Shown here piece by piece: positions 1-9,514 of a DNA stretch of 64,000 nucleotides. The translations under genes and the position numbers were made by a program. Below the pieces are notes generated by a model that saw only the letters and a list, made by a program, of their open reading frames with translations, was not told where the DNA came from and ran no database searches. The DNA is taken from the IMG/VR virus record IMGVR_UViG_3300045988_174840; one strand, written 5' to 3'. Numbering within the stretch: the first letter of the stretch is position 1; each line of letters opens with the position of its first letter. Source of the DNA: a virus.

Positions 1-1248
1 CATTAAGTAATGATTTAATCCAGAGCAAGAACTTCCTCTTCCTGCACCTACCATACTTCCGCAATCCCAAAATAAATCAACATAATGTTGTAAAGTATTA
101 GGATAACTAAACATATTAGTTTCAAGTTTTTTACTAATAGTATCTTTAATATCAGCTTCTTCTTCTAATCGAGATAAATAAGTATTGTTATATTTATTTA
201 TTTCTTGGAGTTTTTGCAAACAAGTATTAACCCAATATCTGTCTTGAATATCATCACTTAATAATAATTTATGTAAAGTAGGATATTCCTTTAAAGAGTT
301 ATCTTTAGGGTAATCTCTAACTTTAACTTTTGGAATTGTTTGTTTATGTTTTAAATTATAATTTTCAATTTTAGAATAAATTTCTAAAGAATTATTACAT
401 AATTCTTCATAATTTAACTCAGAAGGCTTTAAATTTTCAATTATTTCTTCTTCTGATTGCAAGTAACTATATTCATAAAACTCATCAACTTCTCGTTCTC
501 CACCCTTAGAATTTAAGTAAGATTTATGAACAAATCTATCTTCTTTTTTTAAATAATGAGCATCTGTGCCAAGTACCATTTTTATATTAAAACATCTAGC
601 AATAGATAAAAGTCTCTTATTTACCATTACTTGATCTTTACTTTGTCCTGGAGCACACTCAATATAGAAATCTTGTCCAAATAAAGACTTGTTCCATAAA
701 ATAAAATTAACTATTCTATTATGAGCTTCCCCCGCAGATTCAACATCTTTCATCTGCTCTGCTAAAATTAATTGTTTAGTTAAAGTGCTTAATTCTCCGC
801 CCAAACATGCTGTTGTTGCAATTAGACTACTCGGATATTTTTTTACAATTTCCGCTAAGTCGTCATATAAAGTAACTACTCTTTCCATACCTCTATCAAA
901 AAAAGAATTCATCCAAGCTCTTGAAGATAATTCTTTTAATGCTCTATATCCAATTTTATTTTTAGCAATTAAAATAAAATGAAAATATTTTTGTCCTTTA
1001 TCTCTTGATGGACATAAATAAATTTCATTCCCTAATGCAATTTTAAAGTTAGGATTTTTCTCTTTTAATTCCTGAGCATATATATTTATTTCCATATGAG
1101 AAGATAGACAATCATGGTCTGTAATAGCAATTCCAGATAAGCCTAAATCAATCGCTCTTTGAATTAAATCTTTTGGTCTATTAATACAATCTAATAAACG
1201 AAGATTACTATACTCAGTATGAGAATGAGTTTCAAAACGATTACTCAT
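1..1248 (-). CDS. DNA polymerase III alpha-like, PHP-domain N-terminus; partial, runs off the window edge
   Basis: Minus-strand ATG at 1246-1248 with RBS AAAGGAAAAT; translation MSNRFETHSHTEYSNLRLLDCINRPKDLIQRAIDLGLSGIAITDHDCL has the HxH...DH PHP signature of DnaE/PolC N-termini. No stop before position 1, so the ORF track omits it. Confidence 0.6.
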   Translation of the reverse strand, partial: MSNRFETHSHTEYSNLRLLDCINRPKDLIQRAIDLGLSGIAITDHDCLSSHMEINIYAQELKEKNPNFKIALGNEIYLCPSRDKGQKYFHFILIAKNKIGYRALKELSSRAWMNSFFDRGMERVVTLYDDLAEIVKKYPSSLIATTACLGGELSTLTKQLILAEQMKDVESAGEAHNRIVNFILWNKSLFGQDFYIECAPGQSKDQVMVNKRLLSIARCFNIKMVLGTDAHYLKKEDRFVHKSYLNSKGGEREVDEFYEYSYLQSEEEIIENLKPSELNYEELCNNSLEIYSKIENYNLKHKQTIPKVKVRDYPKDNSLKEYPTLHKLLLSDDIQDRYWVNTCLQKLQEINKYNNTYLSRLEEEADIKDTISKKLETNMFSYPNTLQHYVDLFWDCGSMVGAGRGSSCSGLNHYLM

Positions 1249-1309
1249 TTTATTTTCCTTTCATTTACTTATTCTACTTGCTCTTTATAATATTTATAAA
1301 ATTATTATA

Positions 1310-1477
1310 TTATATTTTTTTATTGTTGTCAATGCATTTTTTACATTTAATTATTTCTATAGAGTCCCTACCAAGCTCTCTATAGAAAAGATTATATCCT
1401 TTAAAAAGAGAGAGTCTATTACATTTACTACATCTTTTTGGGATAATTGCATACTTATCATAATAAGTTATTGTCAT
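1310..1477 (-). CDS. small Cys-rich (CxxC...CxxC) zinc-ribbon protein, 55 aa
   Basis: ATG at 1475-1477 with AGGAA upstream; MTITYYDKYAIIPKRCSKCNRLSLFKGYNLFYRELGRDSIEIIKCKKCIDNNKKI. Not in the ORF track (below 60 aa). Confidence 0.3.
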   Translation of the reverse strand: MTITYYDKYAIIPKRCSKCNRLSLFKGYNLFYRELGRDSIEIIKCKKCIDNNKKI

Positions 1478-1480
1478 ATT

Positions 1481-2665
1481 TTATTCATTCCTTATTAAAA
1501 CTAATTTTTTGCTTGCCCGTGTAACTGTAGTATATAGCCAACGTGCATGTTCTGTCTTATCAAAAGGAAAAGTTTCCTCAATAACTAAGACTTTATCCCA
1601 TTCACTACCTTGTGATTTATGTCCCGTAATAGCATAAGCATATGCAAACTCTTTAGGAACGACATTTCCAATTTTATCTTTTAGTTTCCCTAATTGATAA
1701 GCTACTTTCCAATCACAGCATCTTTCTCCATTTAAAATTAGTTGTTTATCTACAAGAACATAATTAAATGAAGTATTTTTATCAATAATAAAATCTGAGC
1801 TAATCATCTCTAATTTACGTTTATCTGTTTTTATAAATCGCGGAACTGTATAAAAAGTTTCAAAAGGATTCTTTAAGTAGCCAATAGTTCCATTTACTAA
1901 TGAATCTCCATTTTCATTAATATCATCCCAATAATTTCTTAAACAGATAACTTTATCTCCATCTTCTGGGAGTGATCCCCGCCCCAATAAAGCTCTCATC
2001 TGGTTATTGATATTTTGACGAGTCGCATTTGTTCCTACCAAAATTTGATCCGCCCAAGTAAGCATCCCTGTATTTAAAGTTTCTTTTGATAAGACCTTAA
2101 CATTATTTCCATTAAATAAAGAAATTGGTTCTCTTTTTCTAATTTTCATAGATAGTTGAATAATTTCAGAATCTTCCGCCTGCCGCATAATTTCATCTAA
2201 GAATATATGCGGATGGTCTAATAAATGATTATCTTCATCTTTGTTAATTGGTGGGAGCTGAAACGGATCTCCTAAGCAAATAATATGACATTTATGAGAT
2301 GCTAGTAATTCCATCAATGACTTAGGTGCCATGGAAATTTCATCAACCACTACAACTGAATATGGAATATCTTTTTTTGGTTTTCTAAAGAAACCGCCTT
2401 CTGGCTTTGGAAAATGGTCATATAAAAGTTTATGTAAAGTACAAACGTTATGATTTCCTTTTTTCTTTAAAACCTCTGCGGCTTTCCCAGTAAAAGCAGT
2501 ATAACACACTTTATTTATATCAATATCTAAAGCTTCAATTATAAATTTTACTAAGCTACTCTTGCCTACTCCCGCGTAACCTCCAATGACAGTGTACTTT
2601 TCCTTATTCTTATATCTTTCTATTGCAATATGTAATCCTTCTTCTTGTTTCTTTGTTAAAATCAT
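1481..2665 (-). CDS. Dda-like SF1 DNA helicase (RecD/AAA_30 family)
   Basis: Walker A VIGGYAGVGKSSLVKFIIEAL closely resembles the T4 Dda N-terminus; helicase motifs VVVDEISM and LGDPFQLPP. Confidence 0.75.
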   Translation of the reverse strand: MILTKKQEEGLHIAIERYKNKEKYTVIGGYAGVGKSSLVKFIIEALDIDINKVCYTAFTGKAAEVLKKKGNHNVCTLHKLLYDHFPKPEGGFFRKPKKDIPYSVVVVDEISMAPKSLMELLASHKCHIICLGDPFQLPPINKDEDNHLLDHPHIFLDEIMRQAEDSEIIQLSMKIRKREPISLFNGNNVKVLSKETLNTGMLTWADQILVGTNATRQNINNQMRALLGRGSLPEDGDKVICLRNYWDDINENGDSLVNGTIGYLKNPFETFYTVPRFIKTDKRKLEMISSDFIIDKNTSFNYVLVDKQLILNGERCCDWKVAYQLGKLKDKIGNVVPKEFAYAYAITGHKSQGSEWDKVLVIEETFPFDKTEHARWLYTTVTRASKKLVLIRNE

Positions 2666-2807
2666 ATTTTACCTTTCCTTATCTTATAAATATATGCTTT
2701 TACTTATATTATAACATTTTTTTAAAGAAAAATCAAAAAATAATTTTTGGTCTGAAAAATCCAAAACCACTTTCAGTTCTCAGAATCGGGCGTAAACTGC
2801 CCGGTAG

Positions 2808-4607
2808 TTAAAAGTAATATTGACTAGAATCAACAATTTCATAATCTTCAATAAAAATTTGAGGATTTACATATCCTTGCCATTCATTCTTATTACATTT
2901 ACCTACCAAATCAATAGCTACATATCCATCCTCTGAAAATAATTTTTCGTATTCCTCTTGAGAAGAATTGAATTTAATTAAAGAAATATTATTTGGTAAA
3001 GTTATTTTTAAAGTAGGTTTTTTATCTGGTGACATTAAAGTTATCATGTCTTTTGTAATTGTTAAACCTTTAACCGCAACTAAAGGTTCTTCCATATCTT
3101 TTCCCCAAAGATCATCTAATGAAGCTATATCAAGAATATTTTCTGCTTTAACTTGATTTCCTTCATAAATATAATCTACTAAATAAATTGGTTCAGACGA
3201 CATGAATTTAAGAACTTCATCTGTATAATCTAAAAACAAAAGTATAGATTCACCCCAAACTTCTTCATCATAGCCTTTTTGACCTAGATATAAACTCAAA
3301 CCAAAGGCGTTTGGATGTCCTTCTGCAAACTCTACCCCTGGTGCGGATTCACACAAATTTTTAAAATTAGCAACTCCACCTTTCTCATATCCTCTCGCAG
3401 AACCTTGATAAAAAATCTTATTTTCATCTTCAACTTGAGTTAAAATGCAACAAGGTCTTTGATACTTTGACATAAACTTATTCGCGATTAATCCAGCTAT
3501 ATTAGAATTAATCTCCCCTGGTTTAAGTAAAAACAATAGCACTTTGTGATCTAATAAATGCTTCTTTTCAATTTTATCTTCTAAGAGTGTCATTCCTACA
3601 TCTTGAGCTTTTGTCTGTCGATTTTTAACATTAGCTGCAGTTCTAATTGCTTGAAGCACTAATGGCTCTTCTTCTCCTTCTTTATGTCCCCTTTTTGTAG
3701 AAGGTATTTTTTTTGAAGCTTCAAATTTAAGCATTGATTTAAAAACAATATGTTTTTCTTCTAAAGTACCGCTTCTAGCAATAGCATTAACAAAAGGTGC
3801 AATGTAAAACGCAGCTCCCATAGGAGTGATATTTTTTCCTAATGAATAACTATTTCTATCTGCTATATATACGATAAAAGGATTCTGGATATTTTCATTT
3901 TTAAATCCCTTTGTAATTAAATGCCTAGTCTCAAAAGAAGTCATACTCATCATATCTGCCATTAGACCTAATGCAACTAAATCTACATAATCTTCGGCAT
4001 AATTGGTTTTCATAATTAAATCTATATATCTGCAAAACTGCCATACAATACCAACACCAGATAGCTGTTTATTTGGATAGTCACTTAATTGATTATTTAT
4101 AACAATAGCATTTTCACTTATATGATCAGCTTTATGATGATCTAGAACTAAAACATCTATTCCTTTCTCGTTTAACATTTTATGTTCTTCAAAATTGTTA
4201 CTTGAAGAATCTGGGCAAATAACTAAAGAATAGTCTTTTTCAAGAATTATATCTTTACAATCCTTTAATCCATGTTGTTTTCCGCTATGAACTAACCATT
4301 CTACTTTTGAAAGAGTATATCGCGGAAAATGGTCATATAAAAAGTTAATTAAAACAGCACTGCTGGTAAAACCATCACAGTCAGAATCTACTATGATTAA
4401 AGTTTTTGTATTATTATAAATTGCTTTTAAAAGTACAGCAACGCCTTCTTTTAATACCTTTTCTCCTAACTCTAAAGGCGAATAAATGTCATTATCAGTA
4501 GTATTCAAATAATGTTTAATATCTTCATGTTTGATTCCACGATTTGTTAAAATTTGCTCTATCGCGGAATATTTTAAATTAACAGGTTTAATTAACTGGT
4601 ATTTCAT
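2808..4607 (-). CDS. RecJ-like DHH-family ssDNA exonuclease
   Basis: DHH motifs IIVDSDCDGFTSSAV and VLDHH, and a DHHA1-like GHPNAFG near the C-terminus; RBS GGAGGAAATTAA precedes the ATG. Confidence 0.7.
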   Translation of the reverse strand: MKYQLIKPVNLKYSAIEQILTNRGIKHEDIKHYLNTTDNDIYSPLELGEKVLKEGVAVLLKAIYNNTKTLIIVDSDCDGFTSSAVLINFLYDHFPRYTLSKVEWLVHSGKQHGLKDCKDIILEKDYSLVICPDSSSNNFEEHKMLNEKGIDVLVLDHHKADHISENAIVINNQLSDYPNKQLSGVGIVWQFCRYIDLIMKTNYAEDYVDLVALGLMADMMSMTSFETRHLITKGFKNENIQNPFIVYIADRNSYSLGKNITPMGAAFYIAPFVNAIARSGTLEEKHIVFKSMLKFEASKKIPSTKRGHKEGEEEPLVLQAIRTAANVKNRQTKAQDVGMTLLEDKIEKKHLLDHKVLLFLLKPGEINSNIAGLIANKFMSKYQRPCCILTQVEDENKIFYQGSARGYEKGGVANFKNLCESAPGVEFAEGHPNAFGLSLYLGQKGYDEEVWGESILLFLDYTDEVLKFMSSEPIYLVDYIYEGNQVKAENILDIASLDDLWGKDMEEPLVAVKGLTITKDMITLMSPDKKPTLKITLPNNISLIKFNSSQEEYEKLFSEDGYVAIDLVGKCNKNEWQGYVNPQIFIEDYEIVDSSQYYF

Positions 4608-4834
4608 TTAATTTCCTCCAAAGTAATATTTTTTTTACATTGAGGAGATTTAATTTCCTCCAAAGTAATATTTTTTTTACATTGGGGACAATTAATATAT
4701 TTTTCATAATAAACTAGCATGATGCCCAAACAGTCTGATTTTGTTTTTACATCTTCTTCTTCATAACTAAATAAACATCCACATTCCTTACATTCTTGAA
4801 TTTTTCTTGTTCCTTTTCTTATTATTTTAATCAT
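4604..4834 (-). CDS. small zinc-ribbon protein, 76 aa; the ORF-track start at 4915 is likely too far upstream
   Basis: Internal ATG at 4832-4834 preceded by AAGGAGAG; CKECGC...CPQCKK motifs; the 3' end lies inside a 46-bp tandem duplication. Confidence 0.45.
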   Translation of the reverse strand: MIKIIRKGTRKIQECKECGCLFSYEEEDVKTKSDCLGIMLVYYEKYINCPQCKKNITLEEIKSPQCKKNITLEEIK

Positions 4835-4844
4835 AATACTCTCC

Positions 4845-5276
4845 TTATAAATAACAAACAAAAATTTCAATATCTGTATTTTCAAATGTTTCAAATAATA
4901 ACCGTTTAACATCATTCCAATTTAATTGGTCTAATCCACATCCGATTTTAGGCATTGCAATTTTTGTAATATTTTCTTTTAAACAAATTTCTTTCATTTT
5001 AATTAACGCATTTTTAAGAGTTGCTAAAGTTGGTTTACTATAGTATCTTTCTTTAGTAATAAGATTAAATACTTTTCCTTCTTTAAGACAATCTCCATTT
5101 GTCCAAGTTTGAAGATAATTAGGATATAATTGTTTCAATTTATTTTTCATATCAAACCTTTTATTAAATTCAACAACTATTCCCTTACCCATCCCAAAAT
5201 CCGCAGAAATGCAATGTGCTAAGTAATAATCACTATCCGTGCTAAACAAGTCTCTTTTTTGTTCTTTATATCTCAT
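4845..5276 (-). CDS. macro-domain (ADP-ribose binding/processing) protein
   Basis: AHCISADFGMGKGIVVEF resembles the macro NAAN..GGGV..AI segment and IAMPKIGCGLDQLNWNDV resembles the IAFPaIstGvyG segment; size 143 aa. Confidence 0.45.
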   Translation of the reverse strand: MRYKEQKRDLFSTDSDYYLAHCISADFGMGKGIVVEFNKRFDMKNKLKQLYPNYLQTWTNGDCLKEGKVFNLITKERYYSKPTLATLKNALIKMKEICLKENITKIAMPKIGCGLDQLNWNDVKRLLFETFENTDIEIFVCYL

Positions 5277-6409
5277 AATATAATTCTCCTTTTAAATAGT
5301 TCCATAAAAGTATCTTTTCCTTCATCTATTGGGCTTGATTTATATTGCAATAGGTCCCATCTATCAAACATAAAAGATATTTGAGTATAAGCACCATACT
5401 TATTATGAATATCTGTTAATTTCTTTGTCCAACGCTTCCATTCATCATCACCAATAGTAATAAACTGTTTATCAAAAGCAACAATAATTTCTTTTACCCC
5501 TAAAGATAATAATAATTTAACTTGATAAGTAATTAATGAACTTCCGCAACAAGCTACACTAATGTCATTTTCTTCTCCAAAATAGCTAGCATATAAAAGA
5601 CAAGATTTTTCTCCTTCATAAACAATAACTTTTTTAATTATTTTTATATTATCTTTACTATTATTAAGATTATATAGGTTAAAGCCTAGAGGGTGGTTAT
5701 ACATAACTCCATTTAGAATAGCTGGTCGATATTTTCCAAAATTTTCTTCTTCTTTAATTAAAGTTCTTTCTCTTATTCCAACTAATTGATTATTTATATC
5801 ATAATGCGGAATTACTATACCTTGGTTTTTAGGATCATAGGCGATGCCCCTATGATCCATTACCTCCTTTTTTATTCCCTCTTGTTCCCAAGTTATTATT
5901 CGCGGACGAGGTAAATACTGTAAAATTTTATTATCAAAAATTCTTAATTCTACTCTTTGCTCTTGTTCATCTTTGTTTATTTGCTCATAATTATTAAGAA
6001 CTTCCCAATCTTTTAATTTCTCTTGAGTCTTTTGAAAATCAAATGTTTTTGGTGAATATCCATAATATATTGCAACAAATTCAACAGCATCAAAAAGTTC
6101 CCATTCTCTATAACAAACTTTTCCTTCTTTGTTATAATAACTTTTTAAGTCCTTACTATTATTTTTTATCTTTCTTACAAGTTCATATATATCAAAGCTA
6201 GTCCCACAATCAGTATAGCATCTAAATAATTTAGTATTGTCATAATAATATAATTTATAAGAGCCTTCTCCAGCATGATTATGACATATTGTTTTAGAAA
6301 TAAAAAAACCACTTTCCATTCGCGGCTCTCCACCCAATTCCGCGACCAGATCAAAAACTTGCTCTATTGAAAGATTTAATTTTAATTCGTCTTTATCATA
6401 CTTATACAA
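5273..6409 (-). CDS. DnaG-type DNA primase (zinc-binding domain plus TOPRIM)
   Basis: CHNHAGEGSYKLYYYDNTKLFRCYTDCG zinc ribbon typical of phage primases; TOPRIM-like VYEGEKSCLL ... IVAFDKQ. Confidence 0.6.
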   Translation of the reverse strand: MYKYDKDELKLNLSIEQVFDLVAELGGEPRMESGFFISKTICHNHAGEGSYKLYYYDNTKLFRCYTDCGTSFDIYELVRKIKNNSKDLKSYYNKEGKVCYREWELFDAVEFVAIYYGYSPKTFDFQKTQEKLKDWEVLNNYEQINKDEQEQRVELRIFDNKILQYLPRPRIITWEQEGIKKEVMDHRGIAYDPKNQGIVIPHYDINNQLVGIRERTLIKEEENFGKYRPAILNGVMYNHPLGFNLYNLNNSKDNIKIIKKVIVYEGEKSCLLYASYFGEENDISVACCGSSLITYQVKLLLSLGVKEIIVAFDKQFITIGDDEWKRWTKKLTDIHNKYGAYTQISFMFDRWDLLQYKSSPIDEGKDTFMELFKRRIIL

Positions 6410-6438
6410 GACTCTTTATTCCTTTCTTTCTTTTTAAA

Positions 6439-7989
6439 TTAAAAAGCACTAACATCAGCCTTTTTTTCTTCTTTTGGCTTAACAGTGATTTTTAAATCTT
6501 CAATAGGAATCAACTCATACTGGTAATTAGTTGCAAACATAGGAATAATTTTACAAGTACCTCTATTCGCCTTACACCACAATAAAATTCCTTTATATCT
6601 ACCTCTACGATTTTTATAAACAGAAATTTTAATTAAAGGTATTTCAAACCCGCCTTGAGCTAAAACATTTTCTAAAGCCGTACGATCATCATTATCAACT
6701 TCAAGCATAATCATACCACAATCAATTTTATCCGCAATAGATTTAGCTCCTCTTAACAGATTCTGATCATACTGTTGAGCTGTTATATAACTACTATTTA
6801 ACTGAGTTGCCGTCATAATAAAAATGCCATACTGATTACACATATCTTTTAAACGAATTGAAATCATAAAAAGGATATTATCCTCTCTTAACCCTCTCAC
6901 TCCAGTTTTAGATGAGACTTCACTTAAAATTTTCATACTTGTATGTATATAATCAAAAAACACATACCTAACATTATACTCTCTAACTCCACGCTTAATA
7001 GTATTCTCGATATCCTTTAGCGAAAAATCTGGTAATTGTTCTATATATAGAGGGCATTGTTTTAAAAGATTTGCTGCGTAAATAACACGCTCCCATTCTC
7101 CAGCATAATACTCTCCAGAAATAATATGCTCTTCATCTACGTCAGATAAAAAAGCAATTATCATAGTTTGAATTTCATCTTTTTCTTGCTCTGTTGAAAT
7201 AAAGATTGTTGGTTCTTTAGTTCCATTTGGAATCCATTTTCCTTCTTTAGAATCATAAATTTCATCGCACGCAATAGAACATGCATCCGCAATCATCGCT
7301 CGTGTTTTTCCTACTCCTGTTGCGGCTGATCGCAAATAAAATTTCTTTAATCTAGCCCCTCTAGTTACAGTATTTATCAAGGGTCCGAATAGAGGATATC
7401 CTGCTTCAGGTGTCTCTTTTAAGCGTTCGAGTAGCTCTAATACTCCATTACCTGCCAGCTCCGCACCATTAGAAGCATCATCTACATACTTTAATCTTAT
7501 ATCAGTAATTTTTTTGTCAATGATCTCTGCAATATCTTCAATAGATGAATTATCTAACCAATCCTCTTGAGCCTGCTTCTTCTTAACATCCATGATATTG
7601 TCTATATCATATAACCATGATAAATCCATTCCTATATTTTGATACATTCTTAGCAAAGTCATCTTTTTCATCCTGCTATAATAAAAATCAAAAGCAGCTA
7701 ATTGTACTGATTTACTTAATTTTTGAAGATATTCTTGTCCCTTATTAGCTTTATAAACTGCATAACTTTTTGGTCTTTGCTCTAAATAATCTTCTATCGC
7801 ATTGATAGAAATTTCTTTAGCACCTAATTCATGTAAATTATATATAGACCCAAAAAGAATTTTATGAAATTCTTCTGTAAAATCCTCTTCATTAAAAAAA
7901 TATTTTCCATCTTCATCTAGTAAATTAGGGTTTAAATAAATCCCTCCAATAACTTGAATAATAGATGGAATGTCTACATATTTTCCCAC
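6439..7989 (-). CDS. DnaB-like replicative helicase
   Basis: RecA-fold Walker A LRSAATGVGKTRAMIADA; N-terminal DnaB-like helical domain; length 516 aa. Confidence 0.75.
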   Translation of the reverse strand: MGKYVDIPSIIQVIGGIYLNPNLLDEDGKYFFNEEDFTEEFHKILFGSIYNLHELGAKEISINAIEDYLEQRPKSYAVYKANKGQEYLQKLSKSVQLAAFDFYYSRMKKMTLLRMYQNIGMDLSWLYDIDNIMDVKKKQAQEDWLDNSSIEDIAEIIDKKITDIRLKYVDDASNGAELAGNGVLELLERLKETPEAGYPLFGPLINTVTRGARLKKFYLRSAATGVGKTRAMIADACSIACDEIYDSKEGKWIPNGTKEPTIFISTEQEKDEIQTMIIAFLSDVDEEHIISGEYYAGEWERVIYAANLLKQCPLYIEQLPDFSLKDIENTIKRGVREYNVRYVFFDYIHTSMKILSEVSSKTGVRGLREDNILFMISIRLKDMCNQYGIFIMTATQLNSSYITAQQYDQNLLRGAKSIADKIDCGMIMLEVDNDDRTALENVLAQGGFEIPLIKISVYKNRRGRYKGILLWCKANRGTCKIIPMFATNYQYELIPIEDLKITVKPKEEKKADVSAF

Positions 7990-7990
7990 T

Positions 7991-8506
7991 TCATTCTTCC
8001 TCCTTACTGTCTAAATTAAATAGCCTTTTCATTTTTCGAATCGCAGAAGGGGGGGTGATTTCTATATATTTTATTTTAGGTTTATATTCTTCAATATTCT
8101 TATTTTCATTTGATAATTTCGCTAAATACAAGCTATAATAATATTGTAAAGCATCCTTGTATATAAAAGGGATAATACCAATTCCGCCATTCGCTTTTTC
8201 TATTGAATTTCCTTTAATTTCATAAAACCAAATCAAAGATTTTAACATTCCACTATAAGTATAATTATACATAGTTTTATAATCTTTAATTTGTTTTTTA
8301 ATTCTAGCATTAATATAAGGTTCATCAAATAGTTTCATAATATATTGCTCTAATTTTTCTAAGTCTTGCTCTTCCTGGCTTTTTTCTTTTTGATTCTTTT
8401 CCGCACATTCTTTATGTGCATATCTCCTTGCGGAAATTTGAGTTGTGTCTATTTTGTCTCTATCAAAACGTTTTTTACAATAAACGCACGTTACTAAATG
8501 AGCCAT
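7991..8506 (-). CDS. zinc-finger protein of unknown function
   Basis: N-terminus MAHLVTCVYCKKRFDRDKIDTTQISARRYAHKECA is paralogous to the N-terminus of the AAA ATPase at 33365-34567. Confidence 0.4.
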   Translation of the reverse strand: MAHLVTCVYCKKRFDRDKIDTTQISARRYAHKECAEKNQKEKSQEEQDLEKLEQYIMKLFDEPYINARIKKQIKDYKTMYNYTYSGMLKSLIWFYEIKGNSIEKANGGIGIIPFIYKDALQYYYSLYLAKLSNENKNIEEYKPKIKYIEITPPSAIRKMKRLFNLDSKEEE

Positions 8507-8572
8507 TTAAAACTCCTTAATTCTTTTATTATATTATAACATATTTTTTAATAAATATCAAAAAAGTGTGGA

Positions 8573-9514
8573 CTAATCCACACTTTTTACTAATTCTTTC
8601 AAGTCAGTAACAATTAAATCTAAAGCCTCAACTTGATCTCTTGAACATTGACTAACTTTCATACCTTTTCCTAAATATCTATCTGTAATTTGAACGATTC
8701 TAGGCTGCCAATATTCTTTAAATTCCTCATTAGATTTTTGCATGATTAAATCATTTACAATAGTATTGAAACTATTCAATAATTCATCAAAATCTAATTC
8801 CGCTCTTGTGTCTTTATATAAGTTTGATCTTTCGTCTGTAAAATACTCACTTCCATCTTCTTCCATTTGTTTATCAATAGCCATGCCAATAGCATCAACT
8901 AAGCTTTGATAATTAAAATCAATGTAATCTGGAGTATATTTAAAACGAGAGCCTGCAATATATCTTGGCGTTCCACGCATAAATAATTTAGTTGAAGTTT
9001 TACCTTCTTTATCTTGAATACTACGAGAGTAGCCTATAATATCGCACATTCGAGATACAATCGCTCTAGGTTTATTTCCTAAGGTAGGAACGATCTGATT
9101 ATACTCTTGACCTTGCTCATCTTTAAAAGTTTTATCTACTGAGTGACTAATTAAAACTAAACCGTAATCCATTTGAATAATAGAACGTAAACATTCATCA
9201 TATTCTTTGGCGACTAGAGTATACCCTTTCCCAAAAGGAATATCACTAACAGAATCCACCCCAAAGCCGCCATCTGGTCTTTTTGCATTGGCACAAATAT
9301 ACTTTTCACACAAGTCATATGCGATATCTGCTGTATCCAGAATAATCGTTTCAAACTGTTCTTTTACTTTTTCATCTTTTAATTGTCTCAGCACTTTTCT
9401 AAATTCCGCCCAAGTATTAATTGGCTGAGCCATTGCTCCAGGAATCGCGTTGTATCCTTTCTCAAAAGCCAGCAACAAGTGGCGTGGAAATTTGGTTGCG
9501 ATTGTCGTTTTACC
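8573..9514 (-). CDS. Sak4/AAA_24-like RecA-fold recombinase, exon 2
   Basis: Begins GKTTIATKF directly after a putative 3' splice site (...CTATTG | GGTAAAACG). Exon 1 supplies YGEPKS, completing Walker A GEPKSGKTT. The ORF-track M at 9517 is a TTG with no RBS. Confidence 0.6.
   Translation of the reverse strand, partial: GKTTIATKFPRHLLLAFEKGYNAIPGAMAQPINTWAEFRKVLRQLKDEKVKEQFETIILDTADIAYDLCEKYICANAKRPDGGFGVDSVSDIPFGKGYTLVAKEYDECLRSIIQMDYGLVLISHSVDKTFKDEQGQEYNQIVPTLGNKPRAIVSRMCDIIGYSRSIQDKEGKTSTKLFMRGTPRYIAGSRFKYTPDYIDFNYQSLVDAIGMAIDKQMEEDGSEYFTDERSNLYKDTRAELDFDELLNSFNTIVNDLIMQKSNEEFKEYWQPRIVQITDRYLGKGMKVSQCSRDQVEALDLIVTDLKELVKSVD

Noticed and set aside
785-982. Plus-strand 65-aa ORF
   Set aside because: Lies antisense inside the PHP-domain polymerase gene that runs off the window start; no RBS.
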